NCBI GenBank assembly: GCA_016286995.1
Contig: JAEEVA010000012.1
Coordinates: forward strand, 6,372 to 70,371
DNA length: 64,000 nucleotides
Origin: Prevotella sp.
GTDB taxonomy: Bacteria; Bacteroidota; Bacteroidia; Bacteroidales; Bacteroidaceae
Reading direction: 5' to 3'
The notes under the pieces were generated by a model, which was given only the letters and a program-made list of their open reading frames with translations, did not search any database and was not told the origin of the DNA. Positions 18,644 through 27,868 of this stretch are shown here, piece after piece; the stretch's first letter is position 1; every line of letters starts with the position of its first letter. A program made the position numbers and the translations under genes.

Positions 18644-19153
18644 ATGTTTTGTACTAAGTGTGGATATCAGATAAAGGATGGATATAAGTTCTGTCCGAAG
18701 TGTGGGACTCCTGCGTATGTTGCACGGGAGGAGTCAAAGGTTGAAGTGAAAGCAGAAGTTGATGAGGTTACTAAGGAGGAAAATGGATCAGTAGATTCAG
18801 AACCTGTAGTAAAGACATATACAACAAAGAAGACAGCAAAGGCGAATACTGCATCCGAATCCAAGAAGAAAAAAGCAGGTTCTACACCTAATAAAAATTA
18901 TCCTCCAAATCCTTTGATAGCTGAAGAACTTGATATTGAAGGTGTCATGAAGAAGGCTGAGCAGGGCGATCGAGAAGCCATGCTTAGACAAGCCTTCAGA
19001 TATGAAATGGGCATTGGTGTTGAGAAAGATATAAAGAAAGCTGAAGATCTGTATAATAAGGCGGGAGGAAAGGGATGTATAATTACTTCCTCAGCGTCAA
19101 TGTACGTTTTTGGTGTTGAGTTAAAAGAAAATTTGAATAAGGCTTCAAAATAA
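18644..19153 (+). CDS. Zinc-ribbon + SEL1-like repeat protein
   Basis: CTKC...CPKC and 'AEQGDREAM...YEMGIGVEKDIKKAEDLYNKA'. Confidence 0.75.
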   Translation: MFCTKCGYQIKDGYKFCPKCGTPAYVAREESKVEVKAEVDEVTKEENGSVDSEPVVKTYTTKKTAKANTASESKKKKAGSTPNKNYPPNPLIAEELDIEGVMKKAEQGDREAMLRQAFRYEMGIGVEKDIKKAEDLYNKAGGKGCIITSSASMYVFGVELKENLNKASK

Positions 19154-19158
19154 GGGTT

Positions 19159-22100
19159 ATGGAAGTATTATCATATGTAAAGGATCTGTTGTTGGATTAT
19201 GCCAGCAAAAAAGCAGAATTGAAAAGTCATGGTGAATCAAAAAATAAGTATGAAGTTTTAGATAAGGAATTTGTATCGAATATGATGGTATTGCGAGACA
19301 GATTTCCTGAATATCTGTTTGTCAACTATGACAAGAACATTACTGAAGAAGAGGCCAAAGAGGTGTTCAAAAAGATAAAAGCAAATGTTTCAAATCGATA
19401 TTTCATTCCTTATTTTCCAAAGCCTCAGTTTATGCCTGTTAGTATTGATGGAACAAAGATGGAGATTCCTGGCATAATAGCAAACAGTATGGAAGACAAA
19501 GGGACTCTCTCTATCTATTATACAAGTAAGGATGAAAAACGCAACTGTATAAACCAGTTTCTTATCCATTTATTGGTGTCGATGCCAATTAAGAAAATTA
19601 CTTTGACTTTTGTTGATTTAAAGGGAGATTATGATTCAGAGTTGTTGTTACGACATCTACCTCCCTCAATTTATCATTGCAAACCAATTACCACCGAGCA
19701 GGAACTGGAAATCATGCTTGATGGATTACAAAAGAGAAAAAGGGAAGTAATAACCAGATATGGTGACATTATTAAGTATAGCTACCAAAATAAATCTATC
19801 CCAGAACCTTATGAAGTAATTGTTGTTTATGATGACATGGAGATCTATGAAACTAAGGTAGTTAAAAAAATAAGTGAAATCATTAAGGATTCTTCAAGAA
19901 TTGGTGTTTATTTTGTTTTCTCCCGTTTTAACTGTTCGAATAGTTTCTCTACTTCTACAGAGATAGATCCTCATAACAATTTGTTTTTTGATGAGAATAG
20001 AAAGGTCTTGTCTATTAATTCAATTGATGCCAATAAATACAAATATATAGATTTCGGATACACAGGTTTGTTTTTTGAGAGAAATGAAATTCCCGGCATA
20101 TGTATCAAAGATGGTTTTGGCGAATATCAGGTATATGAAGTTAGCGATAATTCAGCACCCAGTCTTTTGACTACTTGCCAAACGGAAGGATTGGCTTATA
20201 GATATATTGATCAATATTGTAAGTTATATAATTATCCAACTTGCGTGAAATATGCACCACCAATAGAGTTCTTCCATGCAAATGCGGGTTTCTTTGCTAC
20301 TAAGTGTGCATTAGAAGTGCATATACAAAACGATGGAAAGTATCCGTCTTTTGAAGAAGATTTATCTTTCTATTTTTCACAGCTTGGATTTGATATGAAA
20401 TTACAATCAAGGTTTTTAAGTCTTTTAAATGGTACTTTAACATCAAATAATTCAAAAGAAAAATTGTTTTATGGCGGATTTGAAAAAGGGTTTAGTAATA
20501 GTGAGCCCCAATTTCCTATAACATTATTCCTAAAATATTGGCCTACATTCCCTTCATACGATGAATCGAAAATGTTTGAAAAGAAACTATTATCGCAAAT
20601 AGATAAGAAAGCAATAGAAAAATGGGGGAAATATTATAAATATAATCATATTCACTTCAAAGAAGATGATTATAAATGGGACTATAGATTCAGTGATAGA
20701 CACTTGATAGTACAAAAGAATAAGCATATCGTTATTCCAATAGAACATTTTGAAGTATCCAAGAATGATGGAATCATAAATTACACCCCTATCACAAGCA
20801 ATGAGACGCTACTAAAGGCGTGCTTTGATTACATTAGAACTGAAGCAGAGGCTAAAGAAGAAATGCAAGTACAAACTCTGGACTTTGGTTCTGCAGCAGA
20901 AAGTAATTATGAGACGGACCTGTCAATGATTTCAATTCCTGTAGGTAAGGCAGAATCTAAGGATGCTGATTTCCGCATGGACTTGGTGAGTCATGTTCAT
21001 TCGTTCATCATTGGTCAGTCTGGTTCTGGTAAGTCTGTGTTCCTACATAATATAATAGGTGGTGCGATGCTGAAGTATGCGCCAGAGGATTTGCAACTCT
21101 ATCTTCTTGACTTTAAGCTGGGTGGTGTTGAGTTTAATCGGTACAAAGGGGCAAAACATGTAAAGGCTCTGTTGGTAGATAACTCTGACCCACAAGTGAC
21201 ATTGGAGATTCTGCGAGAATTACTAAGGAGTATGACTGAACGTGGGAAGACTCTACAAAGGGCTGGGTGCACCAAAACTGACGAATACAACAAGCTTCAT
21301 CAGCAGGACAGAATGCCTCATGTGCTGGTAGTGGCTGACGAATGTCACGAGATGTTCAAGGCTGATGATTCTATTCCCCGACAGGTGAGAAATGAGATTT
21401 CTGATATTGTTATTAAGATAGCCAAAGAAGGCCGTAATCAGGGCGTTCATCTGGTATTCGCTACGCAGACATTGTCTGGTACGGAAATCTCGAGTGAGAT
21501 CATTAACAACGTGGGTGACTTCTATCTGTTGAAGTGTGCTCAGACGGATTCAGAGCGACTGGTACCCAACAGTTCTGCTATCACTTCAGAATTGTCAACG
21601 GGTCAGATTTACTATCACCATGTGGATGAACAGGTGAAGTTCCAGGCTTACTATACGGATAAGGAAGCTGCGGAGAAACTGATGGCCGCCATTGTGGAGA
21701 AAGCCAAAGACCATAAGAGTAATGGCGAGTTCTACTTTAATGGTGCTCAGATGTTCTATCTGGATGATAGTGTGAAAGAGCAGATAGAGACAGTTAAGGG
21801 TAAGTCGCCAGTAGCATTTATGGGTAAGGCCATTGACATCAGCCAGAAGGATTTGTTTATCAAGTTGAATGAAGACTTCAGTGAGAATGTGCTGTTGTTG
21901 GGACTGAACGATCAGGAGCAGGTGACTCGTACTACGATGAATCTGTTTGTATCGTTGATGATGTCTGCCAAACTGAAACATAAGGATATTGCCTTTAAGG
22001 TGATAGACTGCCTGAACAATGAAGAGGGTGAAGTGCATGAATTGATCTTCGATTTAGAGAACGAAGGCTATTGTGAAATTATTGAGCGCAGGCAGCGCAG

Positions 22101-22668
22101 TAGGTTCTTCAAGGAATTGGCTCAGAGTGTTCTGGATGGAACAGCTGAAGAAACTATCTTGCTGATATTGGGCCAAGACAGATTCAGAGAGTTGAAGAAT
22201 AATTTGCCGTTAGAGGATGGGGATACGGATTTAACATTATTAAATGATGATAAGATAGCAAATATTTCGGCTTTCTTGGATGGTGATAGTGAAGATTCTT
22301 ATTCAACGAATAAAATGGAATCAAATATTAGGTCCTATCGTGAGGCTCTGAATATAATACTTGATAAGGGACCTGATTATGGCGTGCATACTTTGCTGCA
22401 AATTGAAAAGCCAACGAATCTGCTCTTTGGTGATCTTACACCAAAAGAATTGTACCAGAAGTTCAAGCATCTTGTTATGTTAAGGAGTGACGAAAAGAGT
22501 AACTATAGCCTTGGTTTGAACGATGACATTCGTTTGGAGAAACTGAGCAGTGATTGGGAACGACTCCGTGCATATTACTATGCAGAGGAGAGTGACAGTT
22601 ATACGCTGTTCACGCCCTATATGCCCTCGAAATCGAAAGAAATTATTAACTTATTAAAAAAAATATAG
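19159..22668 (+). CDS. FtsK/SpoIIIE-domain ATPase, EssC/EccC-like, with no transmembrane segment
   Basis: Walker A GQSGSGKS, 'YLLDFKLGGVEF', Walker B 'VLVVADECH', 'EGRNQGVHLVFATQ'. Degenerate ATPase-like repeats lie on both sides. Confidence 0.88.
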   Translation: MEVLSYVKDLLLDYASKKAELKSHGESKNKYEVLDKEFVSNMMVLRDRFPEYLFVNYDKNITEEEAKEVFKKIKANVSNRYFIPYFPKPQFMPVSIDGTKMEIPGIIANSMEDKGTLSIYYTSKDEKRNCINQFLIHLLVSMPIKKITLTFVDLKGDYDSELLLRHLPPSIYHCKPITTEQELEIMLDGLQKRKREVITRYGDIIKYSYQNKSIPEPYEVIVVYDDMEIYETKVVKKISEIIKDSSRIGVYFVFSRFNCSNSFSTSTEIDPHNNLFFDENRKVLSINSIDANKYKYIDFGYTGLFFERNEIPGICIKDGFGEYQVYEVSDNSAPSLLTTCQTEGLAYRYIDQYCKLYNYPTCVKYAPPIEFFHANAGFFATKCALEVHIQNDGKYPSFEEDLSFYFSQLGFDMKLQSRFLSLLNGTLTSNNSKEKLFYGGFEKGFSNSEPQFPITLFLKYWPTFPSYDESKMFEKKLLSQIDKKAIEKWGKYYKYNHIHFKEDDYKWDYRFSDRHLIVQKNKHIVIPIEHFEVSKNDGIINYTPITSNETLLKACFDYIRTEAEAKEEMQVQTLDFGSAAESNYETDLSMISIPVGKAESKDADFRMDLVSHVHSFIIGQSGSGKSVFLHNIIGGAMLKYAPEDLQLYLLDFKLGGVEFNRYKGAKHVKALLVDNSDPQVTLEILRELLRSMTERGKTLQRAGCTKTDEYNKLHQQDRMPHVLVVADECHEMFKADDSIPRQVRNEISDIVIKIAKEGRNQGVHLVFATQTLSGTEISSEIINNVGDFYLLKCAQTDSERLVPNSSAITSELSTGQIYYHHVDEQVKFQAYYTDKEAAEKLMAAIVEKAKDHKSNGEFYFNGAQMFYLDDSVKEQIETVKGKSPVAFMGKAIDISQKDLFIKLNEDFSENVLLLGLNDQEQVTRTTMNLFVSLMMSAKLKHKDIAFKVIDCLNNEEGEVHELIFDLENEGYCEIIERRQRSRFFKELAQSVLDGTAEETILLILGQDRFRELKNNLPLEDGDTDLTLLNDDKIANISAFLDGDSEDSYSTNKMESNIRSYREALNIILDKGPDYGVHTLLQIEKPTNLLFGDLTPKELYQKFKHLVMLRSDEKSNYSLGLNDDIRLEKLSSDWERLRAYYYAEESDSYTLFTPYMPSKSKEIINLLKKI

Positions 22669-22670
22669 AT

Positions 22671-22952
22671 ATGGCACAAGAAGTAGGTGTAAGAAGTGTA
22701 CAGGACTTAAAACAGTTTGGTAGTGATTTAAAGAGATTGAGTGAGCAACTCTCAGCAGCATTTCATGCAGCAGAGAAGAAGATGAACCGCGTGTGTGAAG
22801 GTTGGAATGACGTATCGAATCAAAAATTCATGAATGCATTCCAAAAGGACGCTAAGCAAATAGACGAGATTGCAAACCGTATAGTGGAGTATGCCAAGTT
22901 TATTGGTAAGAGTGCAGAAATCTTGGAGATGTATCGCAGTAATAGAATCTGA
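22671..22952 (+). CDS. WXG100-like small helical protein
   Basis: 93 aa helix-turn-helix with a central W (EGWND), directly after the FtsK gene. Confidence 0.75.
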   Translation: MAQEVGVRSVQDLKQFGSDLKRLSEQLSAAFHAAEKKMNRVCEGWNDVSNQKFMNAFQKDAKQIDEIANRIVEYAKFIGKSAEILEMYRSNRI

Positions 22953-22958
22953 TAGATT

Positions 22959-23435
22959 ATGGCAGAAGATGCAAAGGTCTCACAAGTCAGTGAGTTGACA
23001 GCATACGCTGGGAAGATGCAGGGCTTCATGGAATCTGTGTCTGGGAACTGTACGGCTCTGAACAACTTGATGGTTCAGAAGTTGGATGGTCTACGTAAGA
23101 AGTTGAAAAAGGCAGAAGAGATGGAGGCTGAGGCTGTGGCAGAGTATAATGAATTGATAAAAGCTATGGCCTATACAGCTAATGATGATGTCGAAGGCAG
23201 AAGGGCATTGCTGGCAAAGAAATCGTATCTGGAGAATAGAAAAAATAAGGCCAAGAAGATGCGAGAGTATGTTTCATTGCAAGTGAAAGTGGCCCAAGGT
23301 GCTACCAATGCTATCATTGATGCTACAAAGTCTTTTCAGAATAAAGTGAAAGGTAATGTTGATAAGGGGCGACAACTTCTCAAGAAGTCTGTAGCTCAGT
23401 TGGATCAGTATAACGAAACGAAAAAGATAATATGA
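22959..23435 (+). CDS. Coiled-coil protein, possible WXG100/LXG-like partner
   Basis: 158 aa, all-helical, K/A/E-rich, no signal peptide. Confidence 0.55.
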   Translation: MAEDAKVSQVSELTAYAGKMQGFMESVSGNCTALNNLMVQKLDGLRKKLKKAEEMEAEAVAEYNELIKAMAYTANDDVEGRRALLAKKSYLENRKNKAKKMREYVSLQVKVAQGATNAIIDATKSFQNKVKGNVDKGRQLLKKSVAQLDQYNETKKII

Positions 23436-23674
23436 ATCCCATAGGAATATTGAATAATGACATGTCGACTTTTATGATGGCAACACAAAAGGTCTTCGAG
23501 GCTTGGAATGATAGGGTGGCCGAAGGTTTTAAGAATCATTGCGTGGATCAGATTCAACGAGACTGGAACGCCTATTTGCAGGAGATGAATATTCGAATGA
23601 ATATATTCATGAAGGCTGAGAAGACGATAGATGATGAGATTGCAAAGTATGAACGAGAATATAACAGGAGTTAG
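23432..23674 (+). CDS. Second WXG100-like small helical protein
   Basis: 80 aa with 'EAWND'; ATGA overlap with the upstream gene. Confidence 0.55.
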   Translation: MNPIGILNNDMSTFMMATQKVFEAWNDRVAEGFKNHCVDQIQRDWNAYLQEMNIRMNIFMKAEKTIDDEIAKYEREYNRS

Positions 23675-23680
23675 TGCTAT

Positions 23681-24952
23681 ATGAAAGAGTGTCCAAAGTG
23701 TAAAACTCAACTTGAAGATGACGAGTTGTTTTGTCACGAGTGTGGTACAAAACAAGAGGTTGAAGAGGTCGTTCAGACTGAAGAACTTGTAGCTACAGAA
23801 GAAAAGTATTGTGTCCATTGCGGAAAAGCCATGGAGGCAGATAGTGCATTCTGTCCTTTCTGTGGAAAACCGCAAGACGTAGAGGAAGTAAAGAATGAAG
23901 AGCCTCAGAAGGAGGTTGAAAAAGAAGAGCCTAATCAAGAACCTGTGGAACCAGAACATGTTCAAACAGACGATCAAGGTACCGTTCCGCCGCCTCAGCC
24001 TGAGTCATCGGAGCAATCGGAACAGCCCAAACAGTCAGAGACTGAAGAGCGTCCAACAGACGAATGGGAAGAGGAAAAAAAGCCAAAGACTTGGCTTTGG
24101 ATACTGTTGGTATTGTTGATTGCAGGTGCTGCCGGGTGGTATTTCTTTATTAAGGATTCTGGAAATACCATGTATGAGTCACAGGTGGATACAGATAGTA
24201 TAGAAGAAATAGTGGATTCCATATATGATGAGGAAGCTTATGATGCATTTTCTGTTGAAGGTATACAGGCTAGGCTTAACGATATCTTATCAAAGGCATT
24301 GATGATGCGTGAAGATGACGCCGTCAGAACATATTTCTCAGAAGAGTTCAGAGGCCTTTATGCAAGAGTGGCCGAAAAAGACAGTCATCTTGATGGCCCA
24401 GGATTCTGGAATGGAAACATCTGGGACGGAGGACAGGATGGTGATCCTGGTAAATATACTATTATCAGGGTTGGCTCTCCAAATGATAATAAGGCTGATG
24501 CAGGTGTTAAGTTTTCATATGATATGGTAGACTATCATTCTGATAATCTGATAACGATTGAATTAGTTTTTGAAAATGGCGATTGGTATATCGATGATGT
24601 AGATGCAAATAAACAAGGAATGATAACTTATCTCAAAGATGAAGACTCTTCATCTGATACAGATGAAGTCAACAATTCTCAGGATTCAGAAAAGAGTCAG
24701 CTAAGAGGGAATGAACTATCGATTCGTAAGTTGACAGAAAAAGATATCGAAGGGTTGTCATCTGGAGAGTTGGAAATTCTGAGGAATGTCGTTTATGCCC
24801 GTTATGGTTATTTGTTCCAAAGAGAGGATCTTCGAAGATTCTTCTTGCAATACAGTTGGTATCAACCAACAAATAAGGATGCCAATGAAATCTATGACAA
24901 CTTTACAGAAATTGAGCGATATAATATTGATTTTATAAAGAGACATGAATGA
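23681..24952 (+). CDS. Double zinc-ribbon / transmembrane / YARHG-domain protein
   Basis: Four CxxC motifs, an acidic linker, TM 'WLWILLVLLIAGAAGWYFF', and 'LRNVVYARYGYLF...WYQP'. Confidence 0.8.
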   Translation: MKECPKCKTQLEDDELFCHECGTKQEVEEVVQTEELVATEEKYCVHCGKAMEADSAFCPFCGKPQDVEEVKNEEPQKEVEKEEPNQEPVEPEHVQTDDQGTVPPPQPESSEQSEQPKQSETEERPTDEWEEEKKPKTWLWILLVLLIAGAAGWYFFIKDSGNTMYESQVDTDSIEEIVDSIYDEEAYDAFSVEGIQARLNDILSKALMMREDDAVRTYFSEEFRGLYARVAEKDSHLDGPGFWNGNIWDGGQDGDPGKYTIIRVGSPNDNKADAGVKFSYDMVDYHSDNLITIELVFENGDWYIDDVDANKQGMITYLKDEDSSSDTDEVNNSQDSEKSQLRGNELSIRKLTEKDIEGLSSGELEILRNVVYARYGYLFQREDLRRFFLQYSWYQPTNKDANEIYDNFTEIERYNIDFIKRHE

Positions 24953-25490
24953 AGAAATCGCCACTTGGACAGATGAGTTCGGGGGTGTTTATACAGCCGA
25001 TAAAAAACGGTTGCTGATGGTGCCGGATGTGAAACGGTATCGGATAGTGGAGGGATGTGAGGCGGTGGATGAGTACGCCTTCGACGGCTGTGATAAATTG
25101 GAGGTGCTTTATGTGCCTTATACCTTTAGTGAAGAAGAGGTCGACAGGGTGCTGTATATCATGCCGGAAACGGTGGGGAATGTCTGTACTTGGGACAGGC
25201 CTTACGTGGATGAGGTGTACGACGTTAACGAGTACTGGCACGAAGAGAATGACACCATAATGGATGCATACGGAGTGGTGTATGCTAATGGTGGACGAAG
25301 GCTGCTCATGATGACAAGGCCTGAACTGATAGGTAAAGAGTATATGGTGCCAGATGGGGTGTTGACCATCTGCGATGGAGCATTTGAGGTCTGTAAGGAT
25401 TATTTGGTATTGTCTGCACCAAGGAGCATCAAGGTGATTGGTGACTATCTATTTGGTGAGGACGGAGGGAAAATTGTAATACGCGATTGA
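24945..25490 (+). CDS. BspA/LRR_5-like repeat protein
   Basis: Two 'DEFGGVYTADKKRLL' / 'DAYGVVYANGGRRLL' units and 'VPDGVLTICDGAF'. Confidence 0.6.
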   Translation: MNEEIATWTDEFGGVYTADKKRLLMVPDVKRYRIVEGCEAVDEYAFDGCDKLEVLYVPYTFSEEEVDRVLYIMPETVGNVCTWDRPYVDEVYDVNEYWHEENDTIMDAYGVVYANGGRRLLMMTRPELIGKEYMVPDGVLTICDGAFEVCKDYLVLSAPRSIKVIGDYLFGEDGGKIVIRD

Positions 25491-25491
25491 T

Positions 25492-25788
25492 ATGGAAGGG
25501 AATACTTTTAGGTTTAGGATTTCGTTAGGATATGCAGGGAATATCGATTTGTGGATTGAGATTCCCATGGAGCTACATGAGCGAATTAGCGATAGCGCTG
25601 GAAAGAGCAAGATGGAACGATTTGAATTCGGATTCAAATTCGCAGATATCATCAAAGAGAAGTTTCCTGAATTGGATGCATTGATTCATCAGGAGATTGA
25701 ACACTGGAAGGAAGAACATCGTGATGTGGATATTCCAGATAACGTACTACACTTGTATGGTCTTACGTCGTCTTGGTTTGAAGAATAA
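25492..25788 (+). CDS. Hypothetical protein
   Basis: 98-aa ORF tightly packed in the operon. Confidence 0.55.
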   Translation: MEGNTFRFRISLGYAGNIDLWIEIPMELHERISDSAGKSKMERFEFGFKFADIIKEKFPELDALIHQEIEHWKEEHRDVDIPDNVLHLYGLTSSWFEE

Positions 25789-25801
25789 TACGCAAACAAT
25801 T

Positions 25802-26290
25802 ATGAACGAGATTAAAATAGTAGTAGGGGACATCACTAAATTGAAGGTGGATGCTATAGTGAATGCTGCCAATAAGACGCTGTTGGGCGGTGGTGGCGTA
25901 GATGGTGCTATTCATCATGCGGCTGGTCCGGGATTGTTGAAGGAGTGCATGACACTTGGAGGTTGTGAGACTGGCCAGAGCAAGATGACGGATGCCTATA
26001 AGCTGCCTTGCAAAAAGGTGATTCATACGGTTGGGCCGATATGGTATGGGGGTAACAACAATGAAAGGGAACTGCTGGCTTCGTGCTATGATACTGCCAT
26101 GAAACTGGCTGAGGAGAACGACTTAAAGAGCATAGCCTTCTCATGTATCAGTACTGGTGTTTATGGCTTCCCGAAGGCTGAGGCTGCCGTCATTGCCAAA
26201 CGAGTATTAGCAGAGCATATTCAGTCTGGCTATCAAGGAGAAGTATTCGTATGCTGCTTCACGGAGCAAGACGCGAAATACTATCAATGA
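25802..26290 (+). CDS. Macrodomain O-acetyl-ADP-ribose deacetylase / ADP-ribosylhydrolase (YmdB-like)
   Basis: 'GDIT', 'NAANKTLLGGGGVDGAIH', 'HTVGP', 'ISTGVYGFP'. Start set at MNEIK. Confidence 0.92.
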   Translation: MNEIKIVVGDITKLKVDAIVNAANKTLLGGGGVDGAIHHAAGPGLLKECMTLGGCETGQSKMTDAYKLPCKKVIHTVGPIWYGGNNNERELLASCYDTAMKLAEENDLKSIAFSCISTGVYGFPKAEAAVIAKRVLAEHIQSGYQGEVFVCCFTEQDAKYYQ

Positions 26291-26334
26291 TTTCCCCCCC
26301 CCCCAGTCATTTTCACAGGTACAGTAAATAAATA

Positions 26335-26378
26335 AGGTGCGCAATACCTAAAAACGAGGTTTTAAGCATTGCGCACTT
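26335..26378. terminator. Hairpin between the convergent macrodomain and ald genes
   Basis: gtgcgcaat...attgcgcac inverted repeat. Confidence 0.55.
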
Positions 26379-26480
26379 GCGAAGTCCTGCAAAAGCAGGT
26401 TAATCAGAAGTAGGTATTCATTTGATGTATTTCACCTTCAAAGCATCGCGAGGCTTTGCGTCGGGCTGCTCGTCGATCTT

Positions 26481-27593
26481 TTACAGTAATTGGGCCAACG
26501 GTGCCAGGGGTAGATTGAAGACTTCGGCAACGGCCTTGTAGACCACCTTGCCATCGACGATGTTCAGGCCCTTGGCCAATGCAGCATCGTCGCGACAGGC
26601 TTGCTGCCATCCCTTGTCGGCAAGGGCAAGAGCATAGCGCAGGGTAGCATTGGTGAGTGCCTGCGTTGACGTGTTGGGCACGGCGCCAGGGATATTGGCC
26701 ACACAGTAGTGAACGATACCATCAACGGTATAGACTGGCTCGCTATGGGTGGTGGGATGTGACGTCTCGAAACAGCCACCCTGGTCGATGGCTACGTCGA
26801 CGAGCACGGTACCGGGCTCCATCAGATGCAGCATGTCCTTCGTAATAAGATGGGGCGTCTTATCGCCTGGAACGAGCACACTGCCGATAACGATGTCAAC
26901 GTGGGGCAGTTGCTGTCGGATGTTGTGTTCGGAAGAATACAGAGTATGAACGTTGGGCGGTGTCTCTATGTCGAGCTGACGCAGACGGGGCAACGAGATG
27001 TCGGTAATGGTGACATCGGCGCCAAGACCGGCAGCCATCATGGCAGCAGCCTCGCCGACTACACCGCCGCCAAGGACTAGCACTTTGGCCGGACTGACAC
27101 CTGGCACACCGCTGATGAGCTTGCCCTTGCCACCCTTAGTCTTTTGAAGGTAATAGGCTCCGTTGAGAGTTGCCATGCGCCCTGCCACCTCACTCATGGG
27201 CTGCAACAGGGGTAGGGAACCGTTTGGCAGTTGAACCGTTTCGTAAGCCAGGCAGACGGCGCCACTTTTGAGCATGGCTTCTGTCAGTTCCTGCTCGCAG
27301 GCAAAATGGAAATAGGTAAATAGCAATTGTCCTTTGCGAACCAACGAATATTCTGGTTCAATGGGCTCCTTTACCTTGACAATCATATCGCTTTCGGCAT
27401 ACACTGACTCAATGTCGGGTAGGATGCGTGCTCCGGCCTGCACATAGGCGTCGTCGCTGAATCCGCTACTCTCACCAGCCGTATGCTGCACATAGACGTC
27501 GTGGCCACGACGTGTCATTTCAGCTACTCCCGCAGGGGTCATGCCCACGCGGTTCTCATTGTTCTTAATCTCTTTGGGAATACCGACTTTCAT
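26481..27593 (-). CDS. ald: Alanine dehydrogenase
   Basis: '[13 protein letters not shown]', 'PMSEVAGR', 'GGGVVG', '[13 protein letters not shown]', 'VANIPGAVP'. Confidence 0.96.
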   Translation of the reverse strand: MKVGIPKEIKNNENRVGMTPAGVAEMTRRGHDVYVQHTAGESSGFSDDAYVQAGARILPDIESVYAESDMIVKVKEPIEPEYSLVRKGQLLFTYFHFACEQELTEAMLKSGAVCLAYETVQLPNGSLPLLQPMSEVAGRMATLNGAYYLQKTKGGKGKLISGVPGVSPAKVLVLGGGVVGEAAAMMAAGLGADVTITDISLPRLRQLDIETPPNVHTLYSSEHNIRQQLPHVDIVIGSVLVPGDKTPHLITKDMLHLMEPGTVLVDVAIDQGGCFETSHPTTHSEPVYTVDGIVHYCVANIPGAVPNTSTQALTNATLRYALALADKGWQQACRDDAALAKGLNIVDGKVVYKAVAEVFNLPLAPLAQLL

Positions 27594-27644
27594 AAGCTTA
27601 CATTATTAGTTAAACGATTATTCGACTGCGAATATACGAAAAAA

Positions 27645-27856
27645 AAGTGAAAAGTAAATAGTGAATAGTGAAAAATTTGCTTCTGCTACTAAAAATTGTC
27701 AATTCTCAATTCTCAATTCTCAATTATTTTGTATCTTTGCACCCAAAAGAAGAGTTGATAATTGAAAAATTGAAAAAGACAGATTAACAAAATAACAATA
27801 TATTAATATGTTATTATGTCTAAATTGAAAAATTTAAAAATTAAAAAATTAAAACA
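27645..27856. repeat. Composite intergenic repeats around divergent promoters
   Basis: GAATAGT/GAAAAGT heptamers + ATTTGCTTCTGC, (CAATTCT)n, the 40-bp element at 27773-27812 and AAAAATTT octamers. TATCTTTG at 27732-27739. Confidence 0.75.
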
Positions 27857-27868
27857 ATAAAAAGTGCA

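Noticed and set aside
19159-22668. Chromosome-segregation FtsK or conjugative coupling protein
   Set aside because: There are no N-terminal TMs, no gamma domain and no relaxase or tra genes nearby; the context is WXG100-like.
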